Positions 28,891 through 38,750 of a DNA stretch of 64,000 nt are shown piece after piece; the stretch's first letter is position 1, and each line of letters opens with the position of its first letter. The notes under the pieces were generated by a model. It did no database searches. It worked only from the letters and a program-made list of their open reading frames with translations, and was not told where the DNA came from. The DNA is from Candidatus Latescibacterota bacterium (GTDB lineage: Bacteria > Latescibacterota > UBA2968 > UBA8231): positions 4,000,001 through 4,064,000 of the forward strand of contig OZ242318.1 of the NCBI GenBank assembly GCA_965208105.1, read 5' to 3'. The translations under genes were made by a program, and so were the position numbers.

Positions 28891-30384
28891 ATGGACCATC
28901 AACTCATAGAACCGCATAAACATCGCCAGCTGTTCGCGGACGACGCCGCCCTGGAGACGGGGGCCGGCGCCCAGAACCACGGGTGGGCTCGAACCATGCA
29001 CCGGCCCAAAAAGTGCGGGCCCGTGATCCGCCCCGACCGCGCGCGGGGCCAGCGCTCCCTGCAGAGCCGGAGCGCTCCCCAGTGGAACCCGGACAAGGGC
29101 ATCTGGGAATGGTGGTACTTTGGCGACCACGTCTACTACGCCACCTCCACCGACGGCGAAACCTGGGAGCGGCCGCCGCTTGGACGCTACGAGTGGAACG
29201 GCTCCAGGGACAACAACATTGCCGACGATCCGGAGGCGGGTGAACGGCAACGCCTGACACACGTCATTCGCGACGCGGCAGACCCCGACCCGCGCCGTCG
29301 CTACAAGGCCCTGTTCACCCGCCGGGCGGTGATCAACGCCAGCTCCCGTTTCCTGGCGACCTCGCCCGATGGTTTCGACTGGACTTTGCTGGACAGACCG
29401 CCCATTCCCAGCAGCGACGAATGCCACTTCACCTACGATGAGTTCGGCGCTCAATACCTGGCCATGGTGAAGCACGGCACCGAGTGGGGGCGCTCGGTAT
29501 TTCTCTCCACCAGCAAGGACTTCGAACAGTTCACCGATCCACAGCTCATCTTTCACTCGGACGAAATCGATCGCGAGAACTGCCGGCGGCGGGTCCGGAA
29601 GGTGGTGGAGAATCCGGCCTATATCACGCCGCCGATCGTCGATGAGATGGACTATATCGCCGAGGTCTACCAGATGGCGGTGATGCCGTACGAAGGATGC
29701 TACTTCGGATTTCCCGGCTTGTTCAATCCGTTTGGGGCGATCCCCCCGCCGGAGAAGAACTTCACGCGCATCAACCAGGTGGAGCTCGCCTTCTCCCGCG
29801 ACCTGTACCACTGGGACCGGGTGGCCAACCGGGCGCCGTTTATCGGCATCGAACCGTGGGACGGCGAGCGCTACGACACCAGCCAGGTGCTCTTGACCGG
29901 ACGGCCCGCGGTGCGGCCGGACCTGGGGGAGATCTGGATCTACTACAACGCCCTGCGCCTGCCCGGCGACCGGGAAAATTACCGGGAATATAACCGCAAT
30001 CGGGAACTCTTCCGGCTGAACGTGGATCCCGACCTCTTCGAGGACAGGGGCGCCCTGTCGCTGGCCAAACTGCGGCTGGACGGCTTTCTCTCTCTCGACG
30101 GCGGCGAGGCGGCGACCATCACGACCAAACCGTTTCTGCTGCGGGGAGAGGAGGTCTACCTCAACGTCGACGCCAAATGGGGGGCGGTCTACGCCGAGAT
30201 CGTCGACGGAGAGACCCTGAAGCGCTTTCCCGGCTTCACCATGATCGGGCAACCGGTCAGCGGCGACCACCTGCGCGCCCGAATCGTCTGGAACGGAGAC
30301 CGCGAGCGGGTCTTCGAGCGGCCGGTCCGCCTCATATTCGACCTGCACCAGGCCAGGCTTTATTCTTTCTGGCTGGAAAAGTGA
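28891..30384 (+). CDS. Beta-propeller glycoside-hydrolase-like protein (GH32/43/130-like fold)
   Basis: Asp-box repeats YATSTDGETW, ATSPDGFDW, STSKDFEQF, FSRDLYHW. C-terminal LRLDGF and LYSFW. Confidence 0.72.
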   Translation: MDHQLIEPHKHRQLFADDAALETGAGAQNHGWARTMHRPKKCGPVIRPDRARGQRSLQSRSAPQWNPDKGIWEWWYFGDHVYYATSTDGETWERPPLGRYEWNGSRDNNIADDPEAGERQRLTHVIRDAADPDPRRRYKALFTRRAVINASSRFLATSPDGFDWTLLDRPPIPSSDECHFTYDEFGAQYLAMVKHGTEWGRSVFLSTSKDFEQFTDPQLIFHSDEIDRENCRRRVRKVVENPAYITPPIVDEMDYIAEVYQMAVMPYEGCYFGFPGLFNPFGAIPPPEKNFTRINQVELAFSRDLYHWDRVANRAPFIGIEPWDGERYDTSQVLLTGRPAVRPDLGEIWIYYNALRLPGDRENYREYNRNRELFRLNVDPDLFEDRGALSLAKLRLDGFLSLDGGEAATITTKPFLLRGEEVYLNVDAKWGAVYAEIVDGETLKRFPGFTMIGQPVSGDHLRARIVWNGDRERVFERPVRLIFDLHQARLYSFWLEK

Positions 30385-30552
30385 TACGAGCGCAGGGGAA
30401 CGGGTGATTCGAGCTCGGATTGCGGATCTTCCCGGCCGGCGGCGGGACCGGCGGTGAAGGCGATTCTTCCGTCGAAGACCAGCGGTACCGTTTCGAACCG
30501 GAGCATCGGAAGTGGTGCAGGCAGCGACTCAAGTGCTTGAAATAGCGTCAGA

Positions 30553-30595
30553 TAACACAAGCCCCCGAAGAACACGTCCTCGGAGGCTTGTGTTA
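30553..30595. terminator. Hairpin between the convergent hydrolase gene and tRNA-Met
   Basis: TAACACAAGCC.CCGA ... TCGG.GGCTTGTGTTA inverted repeat. Confidence 0.6.
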
Positions 30596-30630
30596 AATAA
30601 CTGACCGCCTGGAGTTCGCGGCTGATCTTC

Positions 30631-30707
30631 TGGTAGCGGTGGAGGGACTCGAACCCCCGACACGTGGATTATGATTCCACTGCTCTAACCAGCTGAGCTA
30701 CACCGCC
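30631..30707 (-). tRNA. tRNA-Met(CAT), elongator type
   Basis: GGCGGTGTAGCTCAGCTGGTTAGAGCAGTGGAATCATAATCCACGTGTCGGGGGTTCGAGTCCCTCCACCGCTACCA. No initiator features. Ile2(CAU) not fully excluded. Confidence 0.93.
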
Positions 30708-30728
30708 AAACCCAATTCCTCTTGGCAA

Positions 30729-30757
30729 AAGCTAGTTCCAAGGATGATTCCTGTCAA
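30729..30757 (-). promoter_or_regulatory. Sigma70 promoter of tRNA-Met
   Basis: TTGACA-17 bp-TAGCTT. Confidence 0.65.
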
Positions 30758-30769
30758 CAAAATCCCCGC

Positions 30770-30937
30770 CTAGTGTCCCGTCGCAGAGATAGGTTGACGA
30801 AATTAGGCCGCCGAGGCGGCAGGCTCACAAGGCGCCTGAGCGAGTCGTACCAGTAGTGTACGGCGAGTGAAGGCAACGCCGTGAGCCGGAATGGATCGGC
30901 GGAATAATGGTGACATATTTCTGCGGCGGGACACTAG
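30770..30937. mobile_element. MITE-like repeat, copy 2 (intact, CTAG at both ends)
   Basis: CTAGTGTCCCGTCGCAGAGATA ... TATTTCTGCGGCGGGACACTAG (20/22). Reverse complement of copy 1. Confidence 0.9.
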
Positions 30938-33834
30938 AACCCAAATATGTCCTCCAGGTCCAACTCGACGATGCTCCCGTGTCGGGCCAGGTCCTCCAGG
31001 TCGATCTTGCTCCTGTCTCCCACGATGGAAATCAGCCGGGGGCGGTTCCGGATATGGTCGCGGTGGAATCCCAGCATCGCTTCCAGCGAAGATCGCTGAA
31101 GTTCCTCGAAGCGCTTGGCACGCGGGTCGATCGGGACCTCCTGGCGCTCCCAGGTGCGCACCGCGCCCAGGACCTGGCGAAACCCGAGGCGAGAGGTGCG
31201 GTAGTCGTTTAGCAGGGCTTGCCGGGCGGCCTCGAAGCGCTCTTCGGAGACCGGGGGGTGATCGAGGAGGTCGAGAAAAACCTCCACGGCCTCCATGGTC
31301 TTGTCCGCCTGGCAGCCTACGACTCCGACCATGAGGCCGGGCTCCGCCTTGCGCTTGCCGTGAAGGTAGCGCGCTCCGGCAGAGTAGGCCAGGGCGCGCG
31401 CTTCGCGAAGTTCCTGAAATACCACTCCGGCCATGCCGCCCGCAAAGTACTCGTTGTAGAGTTGTATGAACGGGCGCAGACCCTCCTCGTAGGGACCGTC
31501 TCCGGATTCGATCCGCACCAGGGCCTGGGCCATCTCCTTGTCGAAGAAATAGGTTTCGTTTGCCGCGGGCAGGCGGGTATTCAGGACCTGGTAGGGAGGA
31601 GGCGGTTGCAATTCTCCTTCCATCCTGTAACTCTGTTCAAGGTGGTCGAGGAGCTCGTTCAGGGTCAGGGACCCGGTATAGCTCAGGGCGTGCTCGAAGG
31701 TCAGAAGGCCGCCGATCAACCGGTGGAGTTCCTGCCCGCGCAGCTCCTGAAGTTCAGCATTGGAGAGGATGCGGCGGAAGTAGGACTGATCGCCCCAGCG
31801 GTTGAACTGGTAGAGTGCCCGGCTGATGGTGCGATTGTCCTTTCGGGCGTCGGCTCGTTCCTTGAGGATGATGCTGACCAGTTCTTCGAATACAGCCTCC
31901 TCGGCCGCCGGCCGCTGCAGGAATTCCATCAGCAGGGCGAGAGAAGCTCCAAAGTTTTCGTCGAGCCCGGCGATGGTGACGGTCGTTTCGTGGTCGCCGA
32001 CATGGATGCTGAAATCCGTGCCGAGCTTGTACCATTCCTTCTTGAGCTCATCGGGGCTGAGGCGATCGGTGCCTGATTTGTCGAGATACTTTCTCGCCAC
32101 GTTCAAGCGCCGCTCGGCCAGGGAGCCCACGTCAACTGAAATTTTGAAGGAAAAGAGGTCGTTGAGGGGATTTTCGGCGTAGTAGACTTTTATGCCGGGA
32201 CGCAACTCTCTGATCTCGTAGTCGCGGCCGGGAACAACGAAAACAGGCTCGATTTCCTGGTAGGGCATGCGGATGAGGGAATCGAAGAATGCCGACTGCC
32301 GGGCGGGATCGATCTCGATTTTGTCGAGTGGCGGCTTTTCGATGTCGGGCAGGTCGGGCTTTCCGTCGCGGCGGTAGCCGGCGACGTAACCATCGCCGAA
32401 GTATCTTCTGGCGGCGAGGACGATGTCCTGCTTCTCGAGTTTTTCCATGCGTTGCAGCGCCCCAACGGCATGTTTCCAATCCTCGTGCGAGAGGAAGGCA
32501 TCGCGCATGAGGCCGACCCGGGAATCATTGCCTTCGAGCTTTTTCTTCTGATTCTTCTTGAAGTCGGTGATGATGGCCGGGATGATCCAGTCGTCGAACC
32601 GCCCTTCTTTGATGAGCTCGATCTGCTCGATCAAGAGCTCTTCGACTTCCCCCAAGCTCTGGCCTTCCTTGGGAACCCCCCACAAGTACTGGGCGCCGTA
32701 GTCGTTGTGTAACCACGGGTAGGAACCGGCCTGGCGAACCTTTTGCCGCTGGTTGAGGTTGAGGTTGATGAGCCCGGCCACGGAATTGTCCAGGATCATG
32801 TCGAGGACCTGCAGGGTCTCGGCGTCCTTGTCATTCCCCGGCGCGGTGCGGAAGGCCAGAAGAACGTATTCCTCTCCTTCGTAGAACACCTCCACCCGCT
32901 CCACCTGCTCGATTCTGTCTTCGTTCCACCTTCTTTCCCCGGGCAATTCTCCCTCTCTCCAGATGGAGAACTCGGCGTCGATGAGATCGATGGTCTTCTC
33001 GATGTCGATGTCGCCGGAGATGAGAATGGCCATGTTGTTGGGAACATAGTAGCTGCGGTAAAACTCGTACATTCTCTCCAGGGAGGGGTTTTTGAGGTGC
33101 TCGACCGAGCCCAGGGTAGCGTTCCTGTAGGGATGGACCTTGTAAAGTCGTTCGGCCACGGCCGTGCGAATCACCCTCCCCTTGTTGTCCATGGACCGGT
33201 TCTTTTCCTCGTAGACGGTTTCCAACTCGGTTTGAAACAGTCGGAAGACCGGGTTGGAGAAGCGCTCGGCCTCGATTCTTGCCCACTGGGCCAGGCGGTT
33301 TGCCGGAAGGTCCACCTTGTAGACGGTTTCCTCCTTCCAGGTGTGGGCATTGAGACCTTTGGCGCCCATGGCGGCGTAGAGTCTGTCGATCTCGTTGGGG
33401 ATGGCGTATTCGGCCGCGAGCTGGGCTTCCGCATTGATCAAGCTGTAGATCTCCCGGCGTTTTTCGGGATCGCTCTGGGCATAATGTTCTTCGTAGAGGG
33501 CGACGATGCGGTCCAGGTGCGGCCTTTCGCGCTCGTAGTCCAGGACGCCGAGATTGTCCGTGCCCTTGAAAAGCATGTGCTCCAGGTAATGGGCGATGCC
33601 GGTGGCTTCCGGCGGGTCGTGTTTGCTTCCGGCGCGGACGGCGATTTCGGCGTAGAAACGCGGCTCCTCGCGGTTTTCGCTGAGGTATGCGAGGAGACCG
33701 TTGTCGAGTTCGAATATGTGGACCTGCATGGGATCGGCCGGGTCCGGGCCCTGCACCAGTCTGTAGTCGGCATTGAGGGGCAGGGCGCATATCAGCAGGA
33801 AAAGTGAATAACAGGAAATCCAGCAGTCTTTCAT
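30934..33834 (-). CDS. M16 (insulinase-family) zinc metallopeptidase, exported
   Basis: Signal peptide, VRAGSKHDP..TGIAHYLEHMLFKGT (HxxEH), LNAHT, ELREARALAYSA. Confidence 0.93.
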   Translation of the reverse strand: MKDCWISCYSLFLLICALPLNADYRLVQGPDPADPMQVHIFELDNGLLAYLSENREEPRFYAEIAVRAGSKHDPPEATGIAHYLEHMLFKGTDNLGVLDYERERPHLDRIVALYEEHYAQSDPEKRREIYSLINAEAQLAAEYAIPNEIDRLYAAMGAKGLNAHTWKEETVYKVDLPANRLAQWARIEAERFSNPVFRLFQTELETVYEEKNRSMDNKGRVIRTAVAERLYKVHPYRNATLGSVEHLKNPSLERMYEFYRSYYVPNNMAILISGDIDIEKTIDLIDAEFSIWREGELPGERRWNEDRIEQVERVEVFYEGEEYVLLAFRTAPGNDKDAETLQVLDMILDNSVAGLINLNLNQRQKVRQAGSYPWLHNDYGAQYLWGVPKEGQSLGEVEELLIEQIELIKEGRFDDWIIPAIITDFKKNQKKKLEGNDSRVGLMRDAFLSHEDWKHAVGALQRMEKLEKQDIVLAARRYFGDGYVAGYRRDGKPDLPDIEKPPLDKIEIDPARQSAFFDSLIRMPYQEIEPVFVVPGRDYEIRELRPGIKVYYAENPLNDLFSFKISVDVGSLAERRLNVARKYLDKSGTDRLSPDELKKEWYKLGTDFSIHVGDHETTVTIAGLDENFGASLALLMEFLQRPAAEEAVFEELVSIILKERADARKDNRTISRALYQFNRWGDQSYFRRILSNAELQELRGQELHRLIGGLLTFEHALSYTGSLTLNELLDHLEQSYRMEGELQPPPPYQVLNTRLPAANETYFFDKEMAQALVRIESGDGPYEEGLRPFIQLYNEYFAGGMAGVVFQELREARALAYSAGARYLHGKRKAEPGLMVGVVGCQADKTMEAVEVFLDLLDHPPVSEERFEAARQALLNDYRTSRLGFRQVLGAVRTWERQEVPIDPRAKRFEELQRSSLEAMLGFHRDHIRNRPRLISIVGDRSKIDLEDLARHGSIVELDLEDIFGF

Positions 33835-34185
33835 GGAAAAAGTCCTTTGGAGTCGGGCAGAGGGTCCGTAGGGCGCCTGGTTGCAGGGGTGCCTCGAGAA
33901 ATGAAAAAGAAGGGAACAAGGATGTCAAATTTTCAGCGGGTCCGGACCTCGGAGGCGTGCACGGTGACATTTTCCGCGGCATGGGGAGAGAATCGGTCCG
34001 GCCGGATTCATCCACCGCGGCGGAAGATGGAGCGGGAGATAACTGGTTCAGTCGAATCGGCAGCCCCGGGTCCTTGCCCCTGCGAGGAGAGATTCTGCAA
34101 CCGGCACGGAATTTGATTGACCAGAGGGGTCAGGACCTCATCGGAATGGAGTTCGGCCGGGTTTCAAGTTCGGAGGTGTAACAGG

Positions 34186-34941
34186 ATGTTCACACTAGGG
34201 AATAATGTGAGGCGGCTGGGGGCGGCTCTGCTGGATTTCGTCTACCCTCTGCACTGTCAGGGATGCGAGAGGCCACTGGAACCATCGGACGTGGATCTTT
34301 GCACGAGGTGCTGGATGGAAATTCTCAGCGCGGCCAGCGGCTCCGGCACGCACTGTAGCCGTTGTGGCTGCCCGCTGGAAAACTCCGAGGCTTCATGTGG
34401 CCATTGCGCCGAATGGGAGCCGGAATTTGAGCGCGCGCTGATACTCGGGCCTTTCGAAGGGGCTCTGCAGCGCGCCGTTCACGCGAGCAAGTTCAAACAG
34501 CAGAGAAAGTTGGGGCGGGAATTGGGACGCCGCCTGGGACAGTCGGCCGCGCTGATCCGGGAATTGCGGCAGGTGGATTTGCTGGTCCCCGTACCCCTGC
34601 ACCCGGCGCGGCAGCGGGAGCGGGGCTACAACCAGAGCCTGTGCATCGCCCAGGGCCTGGGGGAGGTCCTGGACCTGCCCGTGCGCGACAGGCTGCTGCT
34701 GCGCCGGCTCAATACGCGGCAACAGGCCAAACTGGACTCGGAAGCCAGGCGCCGGAACCTGTGCGGTGCATTCGAGGTTATCGAGGAATTGCCTCCCCAT
34801 GAGTGTATCGGGGTCGTAGACGACGTGATCACCTCCGGATCGACCCTCAATGCGTGTGCACGGGCCCTCAACCTCGCTGGCGCCCACCGCATCCGGGCCA
34901 TCGCCCTGGCCAGCCCTCCTCGAGCTCAGGGGAATAGATAG
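34186..34941 (+). CDS. comF: ComF-family protein (double zinc ribbon + PRTase)
   Basis: CxxC pairs, VPVPLH..RQRERGYNQS, VVDDVITSGST. Confidence 0.9.
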   Translation: MFTLGNNVRRLGAALLDFVYPLHCQGCERPLEPSDVDLCTRCWMEILSAASGSGTHCSRCGCPLENSEASCGHCAEWEPEFERALILGPFEGALQRAVHASKFKQQRKLGRELGRRLGQSAALIRELRQVDLLVPVPLHPARQRERGYNQSLCIAQGLGEVLDLPVRDRLLLRRLNTRQQAKLDSEARRRNLCGAFEVIEELPPHECIGVVDDVITSGSTLNACARALNLAGAHRIRAIALASPPRAQGNR

Positions 34942-35080
34942 GTCTGCCGACAACTCTGCCAACCAGGTTCCATTCACTTGATCTAATTTACGCCTCACAT
35001 TAAGTTTATGTCTCAATATCCTCATTGAATACAAGCGAGACTCCGCAAAGCGTTCCCAGGGCAAGGGAACATGGCAAGGA

Positions 35081-36142
35081 ATGGACCGTATGAACAAAAT
35101 GACTGTCGGCATCTTGACCGGAGGCGGGGACTGTCCCGGGTTGAACGCCGTGATCCGCGCGGCTGTGCGCAAAGGCATCGTGGTCTACGGAGACCGCTTC
35201 AGGGGGGTGCTGAAGGGCTGGAAGGGGATGATGGAGGGCTTGTGGGAGCCATTGGGGTTGGAGGAGATTTCCGGGATTTTGCCCAAGGGTGGAACGATCC
35301 TTGGAACTTCCCGGACCAATCCCTTCAAGGACCCGGATGGCGGAGATATCGTCGTGGAGAACATGAAGCGCATGAAGCTGGACGCCCTGATCGCCATCGG
35401 CGGTGACGATACCCTCAACGTGGCGCACAAGTTGGACGCCATGGGGATGCCCGTGGTAGGAGTGCCCAAGACCATCGACAACGATATCAACCAGACGGAT
35501 TACACCTTTGGCTTCGATACGGCCGTCAATATCGTCACCGAAGCCATCGACCGCATTCATACCACGGCCGAGTCACACAACCGGGTAATGATAATCGAGG
35601 TGATGGGCCGTCACAGCGGGTGGATTGCCACCTACGCCGGCATAGCCGGCGGTGCCGATATGCTGCTCATTCCCGAGCAGCAGTACTCGGTCGATGAGAT
35701 AGTCGGCAGCATCAAGAAGCGCCACAAGCGCGGCAAGGATTTCAGCATCGTCGTTGTGGCCGAGGGTGTCGAGATCGACCTGGCCGGCGAGGGAGAGAAG
35801 AAGTCGGTGGTTTCCGAAACCATAACGGACGAATTCGGCAATGTGAAATTGGGCGGGGTGGGCCACCTCGTAGCCACGGAAATCGAAGAACGCACCGGTT
35901 ACGAGACCCGGGTGACGGTCCTGGGCCATCTGCAGCGCGGAGGTACTCCCTCCGCTTTCGACAGAGTCCTGGGGACGCGCTTCGGCATTGCCGCAATCGA
36001 CCTCGTGCATCGCCAGGACTACGGCAAGATGGTAAGTCTGCAGGGCAACGAGGTCGTCGCCGTTCCGATAGGTGATGCCATCGGGGATCTGAAGATGGTG
36101 AGCGACGATCTTTTCGATATAGCCACGGTATTTTTCGGATGA
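35081..36142 (+). CDS. pfkA: 6-phosphofructokinase (group III, probably PPi-dependent)
   Basis: LTGGGDCPGLN, GGTILGTSR, GGDDT, PKTIDND, EVMGRHSGW, LGHLQRGG. Confidence 0.95.
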   Translation: MDRMNKMTVGILTGGGDCPGLNAVIRAAVRKGIVVYGDRFRGVLKGWKGMMEGLWEPLGLEEISGILPKGGTILGTSRTNPFKDPDGGDIVVENMKRMKLDALIAIGGDDTLNVAHKLDAMGMPVVGVPKTIDNDINQTDYTFGFDTAVNIVTEAIDRIHTTAESHNRVMIIEVMGRHSGWIATYAGIAGGADMLLIPEQQYSVDEIVGSIKKRHKRGKDFSIVVVAEGVEIDLAGEGEKKSVVSETITDEFGNVKLGGVGHLVATEIEERTGYETRVTVLGHLQRGGTPSAFDRVLGTRFGIAAIDLVHRQDYGKMVSLQGNEVVAVPIGDAIGDLKMVSDDLFDIATVFFG

Positions 36143-36154
36143 AAAGGTGAGAAA

Positions 36155-37354
36155 ATAGCCAGGCATACCGTCAGAGACGTCGATGTGGCCGGCAGGAAGG
36201 TGCTGGTGCGGGTGGACTTCAACGTGCCGCTGACCGACGGGGGAAAGGTCCTGGACGATACCCGCCTGCAAGCCTCCCTTGGCACCTTGAAGTTTTTGCT
36301 GGAACGTGGTGCCGCCCTCATTCTGATGTCGCACCTGGGACGCCCCAGGGGCAGAAGGGTAGCCCACATGTCGTTGCGGCCGGTGGCCGCCCGCCTGGGC
36401 CGCATGCTGGGCCGCCCCGTGCAACTGGCGGAGGACTGCGTCGGCCCCGATGTGGAGCGACGGGCCCGGGCCCTCGAACCCGGGCAGATTCTCCTTCTTG
36501 AAAATGTGCGGTTCCATCCTGAAGAGGAGGCCAACGATCCCCGGTTTGCCGGCCGGCTGGCGGCTTTGGGCGAGATCTACATCAACGATGCCTTTGGTGC
36601 GGCACACCGCGCCCACGCTTCCACGGAAGGAATCGCCCACCATCTTCCCGTGGCTGTGAGCGGGTTGTTGATGGAGAAGGAGATCCATTACCTGGATGAG
36701 GTCGTGAAGTCGCCGCGGAGGCCGTTGGTGGCCATCCTGGGCGGCGCCAAAGTGTCGAGCAAGATCAAGGTCATAGAAAACCTCCTTGGATTGGTGGATG
36801 AGCTGCTCATCGGCGGAGCAATGTCCTACACCTTTCTGAAGGCCACTGGATCGGAGGTGGGCGTCTCACTTCTGGAGGAGGATCAAATCGGGACCGCCGG
36901 ACAGTTGCTCAGGGAGGCGGCGGCCAAAGGGGTAGAGATGCTCTTGCCCCTGGATTACGTGGTGGCATCCAGCTTCTCGGCGACCGCTTCGACCCGGGTG
37001 GTAGAGCGAACCGCCATACCACCCGGCTGGCAAGGTATGGATATCGGCGCCAGGTCCTGCCAACTCTACGCCGCCAGGATCAGGGCTGCTCGGACAGTGG
37101 TTTGGAATGGACCCATGGGCGTGTTCGAGATGGCGCCCTTTGCCGCGGGAACGAGGGCGATAGCAAAGGCTCTGGCCGCGGCTGCGGACCAGGGATCGAC
37201 CGCGATCCTTGGCGGCGGAGACACGGCGGCGGCTGTCTCCCAGGTGGGTTTGGGGCACAAGATGACCCACATCTCCACCGGCGGAGGAGCCGCCCTTGAG
37301 TGCATGGGTGGCGGGGTCCTGCCCGGGGTGGCGGCGCTGTCGGAGGGGATGTGA
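36155..37354 (+). CDS. pgk: Phosphoglycerate kinase (apparent ATA start)
   Basis: VLVRVDFNVP, SHLGRP, LLENVRF, NDAFGAAHRAHAS, GGAKV, WNGPMG, HISTGGG. Confidence 0.96.
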   Translation: MARHTVRDVDVAGRKVLVRVDFNVPLTDGGKVLDDTRLQASLGTLKFLLERGAALILMSHLGRPRGRRVAHMSLRPVAARLGRMLGRPVQLAEDCVGPDVERRARALEPGQILLLENVRFHPEEEANDPRFAGRLAALGEIYINDAFGAAHRAHASTEGIAHHLPVAVSGLLMEKEIHYLDEVVKSPRRPLVAILGGAKVSSKIKVIENLLGLVDELLIGGAMSYTFLKATGSEVGVSLLEEDQIGTAGQLLREAAAKGVEMLLPLDYVVASSFSATASTRVVERTAIPPGWQGMDIGARSCQLYAARIRAARTVVWNGPMGVFEMAPFAAGTRAIAKALAAAADQGSTAILGGGDTAAAVSQVGLGHKMTHISTGGGAALECMGGGVLPGVAALSEGM

Positions 37355-37357
37355 ACC

Positions 37358-38116
37358 ATGCGCAGACCAATAGTTGCTGCAAATTGGAAAATGCACAACA
37401 CACCGGTGCGCGCCGGAGAATTAGCCGCCGGGCTCAGACCTCTGGTTTCCCCTTTGTGCGCGGACCGGGAGGTGGTCCTGTGCCCGCCGTTTACAAGCCT
37501 GCAGGCCGTGCGCGCTGCTCTGCAGGGCAGTCCCATTGCCTTGGGGGCACAGAACATGCACTGGGCGACGGAAGGGGCATATACCGGAGAGGTGTCGGCG
37601 GAGATGATCTTGACCAGTGGATGCACTTACGTTATATTAGGCCACTCCGAGCGCCGCCAGTATTTCGGCGAGACTTGCGCAACGGTCAACCGCAAGGTTA
37701 TCGCTGCTTTCCAAGCCGGTTTGACCCCTATAGTCTGCGTTGGCGAGAGCCTTGAACAACGCAACTCGGGGCTAATGGAGGATGTGGTGCTGGGGCAAGC
37801 CGAAGCGGCACTGAAGGGCGTTTCTGCAGAGGATGCCCGCAGGCTGGTGTTGGCCTACGAGCCTTTATGGGCGATTGGGACGGGCGAGACTGCCACCGCC
37901 GCGCAAGCGGAGGCTGCTCACACCTCGATTCGCGCCTTCCTGGCCGCGGCCTTTGCAGCAGAGGTTGCCGCGCAGGTCCGCATCCTTTACGGCGGCAGTG
38001 TGAAGCCCGAAAATGCGGCGGATCTCTTTTCCCGCGAAGAAATCGACGGCGGCCTGATCGGAGGCGCATCACTGAGGGCAAAGGATTTCACTGCAATCGC
38101 AGGAGCTACAGTCTAG
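37358..38116 (+). CDS. tpiA: Triosephosphate isomerase
   Basis: ANWKM, GHSERR, AYEPLWAIGTG, YGGSV, LIGGAS. Confidence 0.97.
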   Translation: MRRPIVAANWKMHNTPVRAGELAAGLRPLVSPLCADREVVLCPPFTSLQAVRAALQGSPIALGAQNMHWATEGAYTGEVSAEMILTSGCTYVILGHSERRQYFGETCATVNRKVIAAFQAGLTPIVCVGESLEQRNSGLMEDVVLGQAEAALKGVSAEDARRLVLAYEPLWAIGTGETATAAQAEAAHTSIRAFLAAAFAAEVAAQVRILYGGSVKPENAADLFSREEIDGGLIGGASLRAKDFTAIAGATV

Positions 38117-38117
38117 C

Positions 38118-38513
38118 ATGGTGGTATTTCTGACCATTTTTCACGTCTTAATCTGCCTCCTTCTGGTCGCGGCCGTTCTGATGCAGTCGGGAAAGGGAGG
38201 CGGGCTCGCCGGTTCCATTGGCGGCGGCCTGAGTTCTACTTCAGTGCTGGGCGGCCGCTCGGCTTCCACCTTCCTCACCAAGGCCACGGCGGTACTGGCG
38301 ACTGCGTTCATGTTGATCTGTATCGTTCAGGCAATCACCTACGACACCTCGGGCGAGATGCCCACTTCTGCTAGTGAGCGCATGCTGGAGGAAGGTGGCT
38401 CACCCATGGAGCCGGCGGCGTTGTTCAACGAAACCGACGGGCTCCCCTTGAGGGAGTCGGGTCAAGAGGAAACGAACTCGGGCCAGAGTTCGGAGGCCGA
38501 ACAAGCACCCTGA
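38118..38513 (+). CDS. secG: Preprotein translocase subunit SecG
   Basis: Two TMs, VLMQSGKGGGL, FLTKAT. Conserved tpiA-secG-tRNA-Leu order. Confidence 0.93.
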   Translation: MVVFLTIFHVLICLLLVAAVLMQSGKGGGLAGSIGGGLSSTSVLGGRSASTFLTKATAVLATAFMLICIVQAITYDTSGEMPTSASERMLEEGGSPMEPAALFNETDGLPLRESGQEETNSGQSSEAEQAP

Positions 38514-38532
38514 GAATCTTTCACTCCTTACT

Positions 38533-38617
38533 GCCGAAGTGGTGAAACTGGTAGACACGCTGTCTTGAGGGGGCAGTGCCTCCGGGCGTCGGGGTTCGAG
38601 TCCCCGCTTCGGCACCA
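38533..38617 (+). tRNA. tRNA-Leu(GAG)
   Basis: GCCGAAGTGGTGAAACTGGTAGACACG...TTGAGGG...long variable arm...GGTTCGAGTCC...CTTCGGCACCA. Confidence 0.95.
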
Positions 38618-38750
38618 TTTTTCTTTTTCCCAATTATTCCCCCAGCATTTAAGTAAAGTCCCCTTCCGACAGCCTGGGCGAGCGAGGCTTTTGTTCAGGG
38701 GGCGGTCTTTTCCCTGCCGTATCCATGCAGTACCATGAGATGGCTGAAGG

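Noticed and set aside
30631-30707. Initiator tRNA-fMet
   Set aside because: No C1-A72 mismatch and no three consecutive G-C pairs in the anticodon stem.
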